47,081 nt of DNA, filler included, from Streblomastix strix (GCA_008636045.1; 2 parts of 2 records of this genome joined end to end with filler, not necessarily neighbours in it), one strand, 5' to 3'; shown: positions 1-13,123, counted from the first letter of the whole stretch. The notes: generated by a model not told the origin, from the sequence alone. Numbers and translations: made by a program.

Positions 1-252
1 TTATAGACAAACCTTTCTGCTGTAGAACTAAGATAGGCAGCAATGGAGAAATAAATTGCTGATTTACTATCATCTGGTGGAATTTGATTCATTTCACGTG
101 ATCAATTTTATTTATTGTGATTTATTTTCTCTCTAAATGTATTATAATATAAAACATGAAATGAAAAAGATTTATTAGTTATTAATGGGATTGTCATAAG
201 TCATCTTCACCAAAGCTGAATATTTCTTTTGAAGTAGGTTTTATAGCAATTG

Positions 253-1630
253 TATTTTCATTTATCATCTGCTCAAAAAGCCATAATTTTAATAAAAACC
301 CATAAATAAAAAAAGTTTAGTTTTGATTTTTATTCTACGATTTTTATTTCAAAATTATTTAATTTTTTGTTTAAAAGATCATGACATCAACTTGGTCGGT
401 TGGTTCAATGATTGACGTGAGAAATTAACCAACATTGTTCGACAAAGTCGTCGAAGCGGCCTTTCTTTTCCCTGCGTAATCATCTCGAAATGCTGAGGAT
501 CTGCATATAACTTCTCAAGTTTTGTACACAATGATATATTTTTTTATTATAAATATACAATAAGAGTGTCGTAATGGAAAAATATTGCAAAGGGGCTGCA
601 GTTACTATTCAATTCATATCAGTCATATGAAGATTTAATGTATAAGTTGCTCAACCGTCAGATGCGTATGTTTCATTATTTGCAAGACGTATGGAATTAC
701 ATTCGGAAAGGAAATTTGAATCAATGAAAATAAAATGATGGCTGGCTTCGAATTTAAAATTCATGCATGGTTTAGGATTATTTTTACTGAAAGAACTGCA
801 GAACAATTTCGAGTGCATGCTGTTTAAAACGGAGATGAAACAGCTACTAATTTAAATTCTGATGTAAACTTGGCTAAAACTTGAAATAAGAAATGAATCC
901 CATCAGTATCAGCAGGCGCAGCTAACAAAATGTCAGTGATAATGACTGTTGCTTTCGGAAAAGAGTAACCTTCTCCATTTACAATAGTTAGAAACATAAA
1001 GAGAAGCATAATTTACATGTTCACTCATAAGATATATGGATGATGCTAATATCGTTATTGATGCTTAAATGATGTTAAATTTGTAGGGTACATTAAGAAA
1101 GACAGGAAATTTCGGAATCATAGATCCAAAACTACTCTTCCTTGATTGTCACCATATAAGAAATAATGAAAAAGTAAAGAGAATATTCCAACACGCTGGA
1201 ATAACTTGCATTATTTTCCATGGTTTGCCAACTCATATATTATAGCCGAATGATTGTGTAATGAATAAGCAATGGAGAAGGAGATTTAGATAAAAACTGA
1301 CTAATATGAAATACGAAGAAAAATAGATCAAAATAGAAAAATGGGTAAATAAAAAAGGATATAACTGACATTAGATCTGATCAGTGGGCAGAAATTGCCT
1401 ATGTGAATAAATATCATTATGTAAGCATAATTTGAAACTTTTAATACTATTTCAAATATTAACTTATCAATTCACATATATTTGTATCTTTTGATAATAT
1501 TTTAATATATTGTACTTAAAAATTCATTCTAGTAATTTATTTATTGTCCAAAAAATAAATTATGGCTTTATAAAATAATTATAGCTTTATTATAAAATTA
1601 TGGCTTTTGAGTAGACGATAATGAAACATA
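253..1630 (+). mobile_element. pogo/Tigger-like (DDE_1) DNA transposon, decayed
   Basis: Imperfect terminal inverted repeats: left TTTCATTTATCATCTGCTCAAAAAGCCATAATTTT (~256-290) versus reverse complement of right end TTTCATTATCGTCTACTCAAAAGCCATAATTTT (~1594-1626). TA dinucleotides lie just outside both, and the repeats enclose a transposase relic. Confidence 0.75.
381..1434 (+). pseudogene. pogo-family DDE_1 transposase with CENP-B-like HTH remnant; stops and frameshift
   Basis: Code-6 translation gives NGDET (828-842), LLFLDCHH (1132-1155) and THILQPND (1231-1254, Q=TAG), matching the pogo N.DET, LD.H.SH and THxLQPLD motifs. HAWFR near 762-776 resembles the CENP-B HTH. Confidence 0.8.
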
Positions 1631-1680
1631 TGATCCATCTTAATTAATAAATGGCAAATATTCATCAAATAACTCTCTTG

Positions 1681-2064
1681 TCATGAAAGAAGGAAGTTAT
1701 TACTGATAATTTTTTTATATAACTTATTCATATAATCATCTTAAATACTATGTCAACGTCTTGAATTTAGAATTGATAAAGTAATGTAATGCGCAGCACA
1801 ATTATTTATAGATAAACCTGTTGGGAAAGCATGCCCACATTTAGTGTGAGTGTTTAATGCTTCACCAAGGATGTTTCTACCTCTTTTCTCAAAATTAACT
1901 GCCAAATCATAAAAGCTAGCTACAAGTTTCAATGATTATCGATTAAATGCTCATAATTATCTATGAGCCACTGCGGCCTAACGAAAATCATTATATGTTC
2001 CTTCAAATTTAACTCATTTTTTTGTTACATTTGGAACTTTTTGCCATTCTTCTATTTGTAGCAT
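1681..2064 (-). pseudogene. hypothetical protein relic (MLQIEEWQKVPNV...KCGHAFPTG...)
   Basis: About 128 codons in code 6 with internal TGA stops; no recognisable motif. Confidence 0.35.
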
Positions 2065-2431
2065 TGAATGATGAAACTTGTCTCATTTAATTCGCGAAAT
2101 TAATTAAAACTTCTATAATTGAGCTTTAAAATTCTTAGATATGAAATTGATTTATATAATTTCAATTAATTTTCTTTTAATTTTTATCCAATTTATTTTT
2201 CTCAAAGTAAAAAATACATAAAACATTAATTAGTTAATATTATTTGATTATGTTTAGGTTGAATTTTGGAGATCTGGAGCCGATTTTAGCTCAGTAGTAA
2301 GTTCAAAACTCATCGAACATTTAATTCTGTTTACTAATAAATTCAGCAATCAAAATTACTAACCAACAAGCAAAAAACTATAAACATAATACTTTATTCA
2401 TTGATTTATAATGTTTTTCTCATGGCTGGAA

Positions 2432-4890
2432 TCAAAAATAAAGTCGATTAGCAGTCCAAACGTTAATATTGTCGCTAGCATCTTCGTTAGTGTCTAATGG
2501 TTATAACTCTTAATCCATTAAATATTCGACATCGTCATATTAACCCATCACATCCTTTAACAAATCAAATTAAACATAAAATACTTGTTTTAATTCATAA
2601 CATCATAAACGTATTGCTTATTTTTATATATTTTTATTATCGCAATATGTCTTAATTCCAATCTCATAGAATTATTATTTTATATTTTCTGGTTTAAATT
2701 ATAATGCACTTGCACATGGAACACCTTTTTTAAACACATTAAGGTGTTTTAATATTGTATCTTCTATCTATGATTTACTAACCTTAATTATATCACGTTT
2801 TGCCTCCGTCATAGGTAGTTGTTGCATTTCAAAATCTTTCAAATTTTATTTCATAAAGAAAGTAAATAAATTATTGTAAAAATTAACATCTTAACTATTG
2901 CATAATTCTTTAAAATACGAAATATCTCCTTTATGAATTGGGTTTCATTTTAATATAACATAACGCATATCACTCGCTTCGATTTTTTATTGGATACGGA
3001 TTGTTTGAAACGAATATAAAATTAGTATCATTCTCAGCATCACGATGAGGTTATTTTTTTTCATTTATTCTAATTGTATAATTAGTTTCAACAGATTTTA
3101 ATCCCTCATTATTTGCTCGTTTATCCTCTCCATAATTTGTCATCTCATTGGCTACAATCAAGACCTTTCCTTCAACAATTGAATTGAAATTGCCAGTCAA
3201 TTCTTTTATATTTGTGCAATTTTTACAACTATAGCCCGCCATGAGCTCACATAAAACATCTGTAAATCGGTTCTTACCTATGCCTTAAATACTTTTTAAA
3301 ACAAATGACGATTAAGTTTTTTCCCTCACATTTTGAAGAATATAAGCTATCCAATTAATTACATATTTATATAATTTTTCATCGCCCGAACAAATAACGT
3401 TTAATACTAAATTTAAATATTATTTTATTATATTTTTATCATATTTTTCTAGTTGCTCATATTTCCATCCTTAAAATAGAGAGAAAATTTATTGCTCTAC
3501 TTCATTGAATTTTATACCTTGTATGCTAAATAATGCAGTATATTTTTCGAATATATGCCATACAATTAATTATTTTTTACTATCTTTCCATAATAACATT
3601 GTTTTTAATACATCATATATACCCGCTTTTGTCTTGTGTTCTAATAGATATCTTTTTTGCATGTACATCATATATTTTGACAATGAAATCCATTCGTAAC
3701 TAAACAAATCGAATAAATTTAGTCAAATACGTTATAACTTCATCCTTTGTATATTTTTTTCTCATATCAACAAAATTAAAAGCATCATGCATATCAATAT
3801 CAAATATTTAAATTTCTGATATGTTTTTATTTAAATTGTTTGATTTTCTGAGCTCAGATAGTATCATATTCTCTGAATATTAATTATTGTCATTATTAAT
3901 AGATTTTTATAAATTGAATATGAATTTTTTATCATTAAATCTTATCTTTTTCTGCTCCAATTATTCCATTGCATTACTTGTTAAGTTATTGGATTCTTTA
4001 ACATCTTCATAAACTTATTCAATCTCTTCCTCATTAAACCCGCAATTGATTAGTCCATTGAGTCTGGAAAATAAAGTTAATTAGCTTATTTCTTTTTCTA
4101 ATTTTTATGCATCATTATGAATATTTTATCCTGTTATACCTTGAATCAACTACTCCGCATAATTGTGTGATAATTAAACGGTCCATTCATCGGATATATA
4201 TGGTATTTCTTCATCGACTTATTGCTACAAGTCGATGCCTAATCAATCCAGTATGCATTCAAGAGGCGCCATAAATTATTTAGATTTATAATTATTTAAA
4301 TCAATATATTTTAAAACTTATCTTTCATTATTTTTTGACTCTCTAATTGTAGAACCGGCTTATATGATCCAATGTTATTTTTCATTAATACAATAAAATA
4401 AATCAATCTAATAATTTTCATATTTATAAACATTAATTTATAAATTATTTTTAATATTATAGCTGTTCAAATTGCAATTTAAATGAAGTCCTCCATGTGC
4501 GGTTTAAACTAGTCCAATTTAATCAGTCACTTAGCCAAGTCCCTTAATTACTTAATCTCTTATTTATTTTCTTTACTCTTCATTTAATGTTTTATTTATA
4601 TCAATATCGATAAATGCTAACGCTTAACATTTTGCGATATCTATTGCCTATCCTGATTTATATCCAACACTTTTATTCGTTGGAAATTTAACATAATTAT
4701 ATATATCTGTTGTTGCATCTCTAATTCTATCACTTAACGATTAATAAAAAATTTAATCAAATTGTTTATATAATTGTTTATTTTATTAACTGTTTTATGA
4801 TGATTTCAATGCATCGATTGCTAATAAAATTGAACTCAATGAGTAGTCAATTGTTGGATTCTTATTGTCTGCAATTTCTTACCTGTTAAA
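2432..4890 (-). pseudogene. AEP-type primase fused to SF3 (D5-like) helicase
   Basis: N-terminal AFIDIDIN and TAHGGLHL (AEP DxD and H motifs). Walker A LKSIQGIGKNRF (~3266-3299), then ELTGNFNSIVEGKVLIVANE, IRINEK, NFIFVSN and DMRYV. ORF-track 3051..3242 is part of this gene. Start uncertain; frameshifts present. Confidence 0.88.
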
Positions 4891-4977
4891 AAGTTGAATT
4901 TAAAAAATATAAACTCGTTTATTTTTAAAATAAGTTTAATTATTTATATTTTAAACTTTTTATTTGGCACATTGATA

Positions 4978-5098
4978 TATTGGCCGCTAATTTCTACAAT
5001 AAGTTAAAATGTTCTCTGGGTGGGGACACTCGGGACACTTTTAAACTATTCATTACCTTTTCTATTTTCTCGTACCAAATTTATGCTTTTCATTAACG
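4978..5098 (+). repeat. element-A dispersed intergenic motif, copy 1
   Basis: ATTGGCCGCTAATTTCTACAATAAGTTAAAATGTTCTCTGGGTGGGGACACTCGGGACACTTTTAAACTATTC, with homologs at 11205, 15148 (reverse) and 17357. Confidence 0.85.
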
Positions 5099-5585
5099 TT
5101 TCGAGTATCTGGCAGAATGGCAGGCTGGCAGCAGCTTTTGATGAAAGTTTTTGACTCAATCCACACAATCCACACGGTCAAATTAAAAGTCATTCTCTAT
5201 CAATTTCAGTTATCCGCGCCAAAATCATGTGCGTTTATATTGCAAAATTCGGATTCGTCAACCGTTCGAGATTTCAATTTTAATATCGTATTTGAATTCT
5301 ACGTATCAACATTGTATATAAATATCATTCTCAAGGTAATATGAAAACATTAATTTTTTGGCTTATTTTTTGGCTTTAATTTTTACAGTCATTATATATA
5401 GGAATTAATAAAATAAAAAATAAAAATAAACTTTATTTTCATGAAATTTTAAAATCGTTTGATAATCAACTATACACACAATTAATATACTCTGATTCCG
5501 GATATGACCATTTTTTTCAATCTGAAACAGTTGATTAGGCTCAATTTTCGGCTTTATTTTATGCAAATAATTAATTTTTTTAACA

Positions 5586-6154
5586 TGATTAAAATGAAGA
5601 GTCCAACAATTCCAGAAGTAGAACCATAATTTAAAAAGGAAATCGACCCATTTTAGCAACCATTTCAACAACCATTTCAGCAACAGGCTATCAGATGTGA
5701 AACGCCAACATTGTCGGCTAGGCACAGAAGTTCAATATTTGAAGAAACTTTAATTCCAGACCTTTCAGTGTGTCATTGATTATTGGATATCAATAGTGAA
5801 GACGAGCATATGGTTAAAGAATCAATGCATTTCCTATTGTCTGAAAATTAATTGATTCGGGTTGTTGCTTACACTTTTGACGTCCTAGAGAGTTAAATTT
5901 AATTAAGTATAGAGGACGAAGAATGTTGTGGTAGGTTTTGCAGCAATTCAACTCAAACATTAAATGATAAATTAATTGGGAACGTAAATATATTAAAGCT
6001 TAACGTCGAAAAAGTAAATTTTATAAGTTATAGCTATAAAATATATTTATAAAAAATATGAAAAATAACAAGTATTTTAGAATTAGGAGAGATAACTAGT
6101 AAAATTATTAGAGCCGTATCAAAAGGATTAATGACAATGATAAATAAAATTTGA
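5586..6154 (+). pseudogene. conserved hypothetical viral protein (ORF-X, ~190 aa)
   Basis: MIKMKSPTIPEVEPQFKKEIDPFQQPFQQPFQQQ...SEDEHMVKESMHF..LIRVVAYTFDV. A clear homolog lies at 35158-35752 (-). Internal TGA stops. Confidence 0.75.
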
Positions 6155-6369
6155 TGCCTGCCGATGGCTGAGTTTTACGACATAATAAATTATTTTTATT
6201 TTTATAAAATAGACAGAGATTTATATATGTTTGATGTTGTTTTAAATCATGATTAGGCACTTTATGGTTCAAGTAAGTATAACATCATTGGTTTAATTAA
6301 CGAAGTAAAAAATATTGAAAATTTAATAAATATAATTAATGAAGCACCTGAACCATTTAATCGTGAAGA

Positions 6370-6810
6370 AATTGATGAAATGCTTGATAAAAAATTAAAT
6401 ATTTCTGAATAAATCGATGCTTACACCAAATCAGAAGATGATGCTCAGCTGTTGTTTAAGGCCGATAAATCAGAGCACATTGATGCATATTCGAAAACTG
6501 AAGCCGATGCCTTACTCGACGACAAATTAAATATTTCTGATTTTATTAACGCTTATACCAAATAAGAAGATAATATATTGTTAGCATTAAAATTGAATAT
6601 TATAGATTAAATCGATGCATATTCGAAAACTGAAACCGATGCTCTACACGATGATAAATTAAATATTACTGATTAAATCTATGTATATTCAAAAACAGAA
6701 GCTGATGCCTTACTCGATTAAAAATTAAATATATCAGATTAAATTGATGTTTACACCAAATCAGAAGATGATGCTCTGTTGTTGTTGAAGGATAATAAAT
6801 CAGAGCTTGC
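6370..6810 (+). repeat. ~66-bp coding tandem repeats (first block of fibre A)
   Basis: Recurrent ATCGATGC(T/A)TA..C.AAA.C.GAAG..GATGC units. Confidence 0.85.
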
Positions 6811-7439
6811 GGACTACGTTAATTTAGGCTCTGCTCAAACAATTACAAGTCAAAAATAGTTCAATATTATAATAGTTGCAAGTGTTTCAAAATAGAGAAA
6901 AAATGATGCCTCTATTTTTTTCGCTTGTGGTGGTGATATGCTTGTGAGTTCATTAGTGAATTAAACTGAATTATAAGAAGTTCACGATATAGCTTCTGCA
7001 AAGTAAATAGCATACGTATTCGATATATAGTAAGATTTGATTGATCGGATGGCAATTCAAGACAATGTTGCGAAACTTATAATAAGTGATAATTTATATA
7101 TTGTTGATAAATAAGTAGTGGATTATTGGTGGGGTGGCATCGATTTAAAAGTATTAGAAACTGAATAACCTGATATGACCAATGTCATAACTACTCTAGG
7201 AACAGCTACAGGTGGAGACAATGCAATAAGTGATTTATCATTCAGTGGAAATACATTAATACTTGCGAAAAAAATAAATTTTGTTACCGCAGACTATGAT
7301 TAAAATATTAGCGGTTCAAAAACATTTACCAGCACTATTCATTCTGTTGGCATTTAAGTTCAATATTATGACAATTTAAGCGTCGTACTAGCTGATGGTG
7401 GTAAAAAGCCAATATAGGACATAAATTCAAGCTTTGATT

Positions 7440-8070
7440 TATCAAATTATTACAATAAATCATAAACATACTCATAAACTAAAATAGATTGAAAATATAA
7501 TCTAAAATTGAACTTTTCCGAATAAATTGATGCTTACACTAAGACTTAAAATGATGCGTTGCTGCTGTTGAATGCTGAAAAAACCGAGTTAATCGATTCA
7601 TACACAAAAGGAGAAGATGATGCTCTGCTATAATTGAAGGCTGATAAAACATAATTAATCGATGCATATACAAAACAGAAGCCGATGCCCTACTCGATGA
7701 CATATTAAACGTAAGCGATTAAATTGATGCTTACACCAAATCAGAAGATGATGCCCCGCTGTTATATGAAGGCTCATAAAACTTAATTGATTGTTGTATA
7801 TACAAAAGGAGAAACCAATAATCTTTTAAATAATAATGCAGATTCAGGAGTTTCATACACTAAAGGAGATGATGATGTGTTGCTGTAGTTGAAAGCTGAT
7901 AAAACTTAATTGATTGATGCATGTACTAAAGGCGAATCTATTAATCTTTTAAATAATAAAACCAATTCAGGTGTTTCATACACTAAAGGATAAGATGATG
8001 CTCTGTTGCTATTGAAGGCAAATCAATCAACAACTTAAACCAAAACAGAAACTGATTAATTAATATCACA
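7440..8070 (+). repeat. coding tandem repeats (second block of fibre A)
   Basis: Alternating YTKGEDDALLLLKADKTQLID and YTKGETNNLLNNKADSGVS units. Confidence 0.85.
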
Positions 8071-9014
8071 AATTGAAGTTGTTGATGTTGATTTAAGTGG
8101 TTATATGACCTTAGGCATTGCATAGACAATAACAGCAAACAAAATATACAATAATGCTTGTCAACTCGTAAATTCAATAGATGGAATGGCAACAATTACA
8201 GGTTCATCATTTGTTAAATCAGGTGCTGATGATAGCGTTGTACTACTTTGAGCTGGTGGAACAAAACCATTATCTGAATCCGCTGGTGCTCCAACTGATT
8301 TATCAAACTATTACACAAAAACATAAACATATTCGAAAACAGATACGGATAATAAATATGTAAGATTGGAAGGTTCTATTTAATAAACAATAACAGGAAG
8401 ATTAAAATATGTTAATCCATATGGTGAGACATACAATGAAACAAAAGACCCTGTAGCTAACACTTATTTGACTATGTCAGAAGTAGATTCAAAACTAACG
8501 AATTTCGTTAAAACTGTTAATAATTATGAAATTAATGGCATAAAAACATTCAATGCTAATGATAATGCGACTGGATTTGTGAAAACAGGCAAGGATGATT
8601 CTTCGGTTTTATTGGCTGGTGGTGGCGACCAATTATTATCATCATTTGGAGGGATTGAAGATTTATCATCATATGCATTTTCTGTTATGAATGGAGCAGT
8701 AGTATAATTTAAATTAATTAGAATCGGAAATCTTTATATATTTTCATTTCTCGCTTATGTAGGAAATTATAATGCAGGAACTTTTAATCCTGACTAGTTA
8801 GTTTAGGCTGACACGGCTTTTGCTACTTACATTCCATTTTCGAATAGTACTATTGATAACGGAGGTTATGTAATGATTACTCATCCAACTGGATTAATTA
8901 CCATAAAATCATATACTAATTCATATATTTAATGTGCATCTGCTACATGGTTTAAATGATAACCCAGATTGAGATTTATTATTCGGATTAATTAACTATT
9001 TTTATTGAATATAA

Positions 9015-10618
9015 ATGTCGAACCTTTATATCGATGAAAGATTGTTAGATGCAGCTGGTTTATCTGATTTACCAGAGTTATACGCATATATCAAAGAACG
9101 TTATCCTAAGCCACTAGAGCAACAGCCGCAACCTGCACCTATTGGAGACCAAACTCTACAATAGCAGGTGAAAAATAATGATGATATAATCTTTGGGTCA
9201 GGAGATTCAAATGAAGAGTTCGAGCCATTAGTACCGAACGCTATAACGAAATTGGATTTGAGTTCATAATTAGAGCGATAAAGTTTTTTAGCAACCAGTG
9301 GTTCAGATCCATAGTTAATCGTTTATGGTGATAGAATTACACTAACCGCATCATATGCAACAACAGGTCTATTTCCGGGTGGTGGTTAGGAGAGCGGTTA
9401 TTTATTCAAAAGTTATCCACCTGAAGCAAGACCAAAAGTAGGTGATTAAGTGATTACATTAGTTGGAACCGATGCTTCTAATACATATAATATATTTTGC
9501 TATATCGACTAAAACGGTCCATTTATTATAAACTCCAGATAATTACCATAAAATACTGATCTCATGCTTAACACTACATATTTTAAACAGTATAAATCTT
9601 CAAAGAAAATAAATTGTGATGCGAATAATGAAGGAAAAATAGACATTATAGATACATGGAATATAAATGGAAAAGGATAATTTGAAGCATAATCGTATGT
9701 CTATGAAACAATAAAAAAATAAACTGATTTAATTGAAGCTGGAGTGTAAGATTTAAATAGAATTAATTATTCGAACAGTGAAAATAAACTTAAGGATGAA
9801 TTAGCGATATATAAGGCTGATGGAGCAGCATATTTTATTAAAGATGGTCCATTCATTACATATAGCTTTGAGCAAAATTGGCACAATTAGGCGTAAATTC
9901 TGATACGCAATAAACTGTATATAAATTATTCTCGACAATCATTAAAAATATACTACCACCGAATACGAAATATATGCCTATTCATGTAGAATAATAAGAA
10001 TTTTCCACTATTTGTTTATTCATGGATACGTTTGATAAATATTCAGCTGTTTAGGTGGCCGTTAGTGGAAAATTAGATATGTTTAATTGTGAATTTCATG
10101 GAACATATATCATTGACAACTATACGAACAGCACAAGCACCAATGAAGCATCATCTGAAGAACCCGAATCTCGCATCGACGAAGTAATAATAAAACATGA
10201 AAAATAAATAGATTCATCACCACAACCATAATATATGATAACAAATGTCTATAATCAGTTTATGATAAATGATTTTTTCCTTTCATCAGCATATAATACG
10301 TTCTATATCGTCGATGATGGCACTTGCAAAGTTTGCGTATTTAATCTATATTTCGAATCAAAACGATTGCAAGGGAGGACATAAGAGGTAGGTCGTATTC
10401 CAGATTCTGTATTACCTGCAGATGGTAAAAGTTTGGGTATCCCCACTGCAATATATAGTGCATAGGGTGGAAGATAAAATAAATTTTCTATGAATTATTT
10501 TATTGTAAATTCATAATTTAAAATGTTATACTTTTAATTATCAGAACCATAAGAGTCAATACCAGTAGATTCTGCTGATGTTTATAAATATTGTGCTAGT
10601 GGAATGTATTATTTGTGA
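9015..10618 (+). pseudogene. conserved ~530-aa virion-like protein with repeated beta-sandwich-like domains
   Basis: MSNLYIDERLLDAAGLSDLPELYAYIKERYP ... YPPEARP ... GRIPDSVLPADG ... YCASGMYYL*. Homolog at 29568-31174 (-). At least one frameshift. Confidence 0.7.
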
Positions 10619-10840
10619 AAAAATCAATGAAAAGCATTATTTTAGCACGGATATTTGAAGCGGTTAATGAATGTCTTTTAACTGCACCGAGTGCATCGAG
10701 TGCATCTGGTCAGAAACTTTTATAAAAAGCCGTGGCCAACTGGACAAATGGCCAATAATTGAGAAAAAATTAATAAAAAAATCATTTATTCAAATCCAAA
10801 ATAATATATTTTAAATTTTATTTTTATTATAAATAAACTT

Positions 10841-11155
10841 ATGGCAGTCGGCTTATTCTCAAAAATCAAATAATTAGTTTTAATGATAAGGAAAGGTCTT
10901 CAGTGGTCTAATGATAACATTTATAAACCGTTCATAAAACCATTTGCAAAACCAATACTTGGAGCACTAGGTCCTGTTGGCTAAATAATAGGCAAAGGTT
11001 TAGATGCTGTAAGCTCATTTATTTATTATAATTATGGTGCGGAAAATATTGGTTAATTTAGATAAGAATTTGAAATGTTGAGAAATAACGAATATTTAAG
11101 ATAAAAATTACCCATTGATATTCAGAGTCGAAGAATATAATTATAGAACCAATGA
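10841..11155 (+). CDS. small basic amphipathic protein (104 aa), candidate membrane-penetration/cement protein
   Basis: Intact code-6 ORF MAVGLFSKIKQLVLMIRKGLQWSNDNIYKPFIKPFAKPILGALGPVGQIIGKGLDAVSS. Homolog at 29185-29514 (-). Confidence 0.75.
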
Positions 11156-11204
11156 AAAATAAAAGCATTAACGTTTGAAATATTACTTATTTTTATTTGG
11201 TATT

Positions 11205-11340
11205 TTGGCATATTGGCAGCTAATTTCTTAAATGAGTTAAAAATGTCCTCTGGATGGAGACACTCAGGATACTTTTAAGTCATTCGTTTCCTTTTTTATT
11301 CTCTCGTTGCAAAAGCATATACTTTTATATTTCATTAACG
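11205..11340 (+). repeat. element-A dispersed intergenic motif, copy 2 (upstream of capsid gene)
   Basis: GGCATATTGGCAGCTAATTTCTTAAATGAGTTAAAAATGTCCTCTGGATGGAGACACTCAGGATACTTTTAAGTCATTC. Confidence 0.85.
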
Positions 11341-11409
11341 GTATTTCATTAATGATGTTTCAATAACTAAGATTCATTAAGTGTTTTGTTTTTTTATTGA
11401 ATGTAAAAG

Positions 11410-13123
11410 ATGAATAGATTCTTAATGAAAGCAACACATTTACAACATGCAGGGACCATTGAAGAAACATTGTTAGGTAATGCCGTTGTTCCTTTCACTA
11501 ATGACGGAGAATATCATTATTCTATCAAGGAAATCAAACCAGAATCATAAATGGTAGCATTATTTGATAAAGAGATAATCATTAGTTTATCAGACACAGA
11601 CCACAATATCACATAGATGTAAAATACGTTCTTGTCGATAGTGCTAACTGCCAATATCTAACTCGATGATAAATTTGATAAAATTGACGAGACATATAAA
11701 GACGCATTGGTTTCAATTTGTAAGTCTCAAATAAGGTTCAAATCTTATTAGAGAATATACCATCTATCATATAGGTAAAACCATCTATGGAAGTCTATAG
11801 AATGATTCAACAACTGAATCATTTATTTTTAATACAATCAAGCAAAAAAGTGAGAAAAATAATAGACAATACATTCATTTCCTTTATGAGAATATTCAAA
11901 AATTTGATACGGAGGCATGTGGAACATATATAAATATGCGAGAGATTGAAGAGCTAATAGGAAATCGAACAGCCGTTCCATATATAATTCCAATACGCTT
12001 TAGATTCAGCATTCCACTTGATGACCTCTTGATATTTTCTGCCTTCACTGATTATCTTTATGGCCTATTTGGTTATTTAAAAATAATATTCAAAGTAAAT
12101 CCTCAAGCATTCGATTTTTTTTAAGTGAATGCAATTATTTCAATGGCAAAATACTATATAATGAATAAATATGAGTAATTAGGTAGTAGCCAGTAGAGGC
12201 TAATGGATATCGATTTGATGTTCAGAAATTGGAGTTTGACGTTCTAATATACTAAATAATTTACATAATAGGGATGCACTACTGATTTGATTACAGGACT
12301 ACATGCGGAGCCACTTATTGAGTCAGGATTGAAGAACTTAGTACACAACATCAAACCCGTTACCATGAGCATAAAAAATTATATCATTACAGAGGTCATT
12401 GCTAACATGGCGGGTTATAAAGCTACTGATGCATGCCTTAATCGAGTCCGATAATTCTACAGCTAACACCCATTTGTCGTATCTGCGCAATGTGTGGAAG
12501 TATTGCCATTTCCAACATCTGCTACTTTAACGGGAATACGAACATCTTAAAATATTCCTCTGTCTCACGTAACCGACTTCTGCCTTTTATTTCCGAAAGA
12601 TGCAAGATAAACAATGTGTTTTGAAAATCTTTGCTATTAGAACATGCAATTATCCACCTGTGGACGTAATTTCCAAGATATGACTATGAATACGCTTGAC
12701 TAATAATTCTTCTAAATATAACTCAATGCGTCAAATCTTGACTTGATATTCGAAGCTACTGATGAATTCAAAGATGCTTTAACAGCACCAAGAAATACAG
12801 CTACTAGAAGACTAAATCCCCACACTGATTTAACAAGCTTTTTGATAACCCTTTAGTGTGAAAGGAATAGTAATGGAACACTAACTTTCGATTGACTAGA
12901 CACTCAGAATTAGAACACTTCTATCGAACTCAGAGGAGCACCAATATATCAAGGAGCAACAGATTCATACTGTAATGTCGATATCAGTGGAAAGAGGCCA
13001 CCATCTCCGATTTTATGAACAATTCATGATACATTTTTGTTGTTTTCGCCAACAGCGGGTGGTAGCTGCATATATGATACCAACCATTTATTTGATGAAG
13101 TTATTGAACCACTGATAAGATGA
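11410..13123 (+). pseudogene. putative major capsid protein (double jelly-roll?), ~570 aa
   Basis: The most conserved large gene between A and B (IPLDDLLIFSAF, VTANMAGYKA, NIPLSHVTDFCLLFPKD, FENPCYQNMQL, ITLQCERNSNG.LTFDGLDTQN). Size, beta-rich composition and position beside a penton-like gene and an ATPase support MCP; the fold was not verified. Frameshift near 11720-11760. Confidence 0.65.

Larger units (their letters stand above)
6209..8959 (+). pseudogene. long repeat-rich fibre/spike-like protein (~900 aa)
   Basis: Tandem ~22-aa repeats IDAYTKSEDDALLLLKADK / IDAYSKTEADALLDDKLN, GFVKTGKDDSSVLLAGGG modules and a C-terminal beta-rich domain. The start appears mutated ATG>ATA relative to the B homolog. 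The fibre function is inferred. Confidence 0.75.

Noticed and set aside
6370..8070. Regularly spaced repeats resembling a CRISPR array (also 32640-34940)
   Set aside because: These are in-frame coding repeats with codon-position variation; there are no unique spacers and no cas genes.
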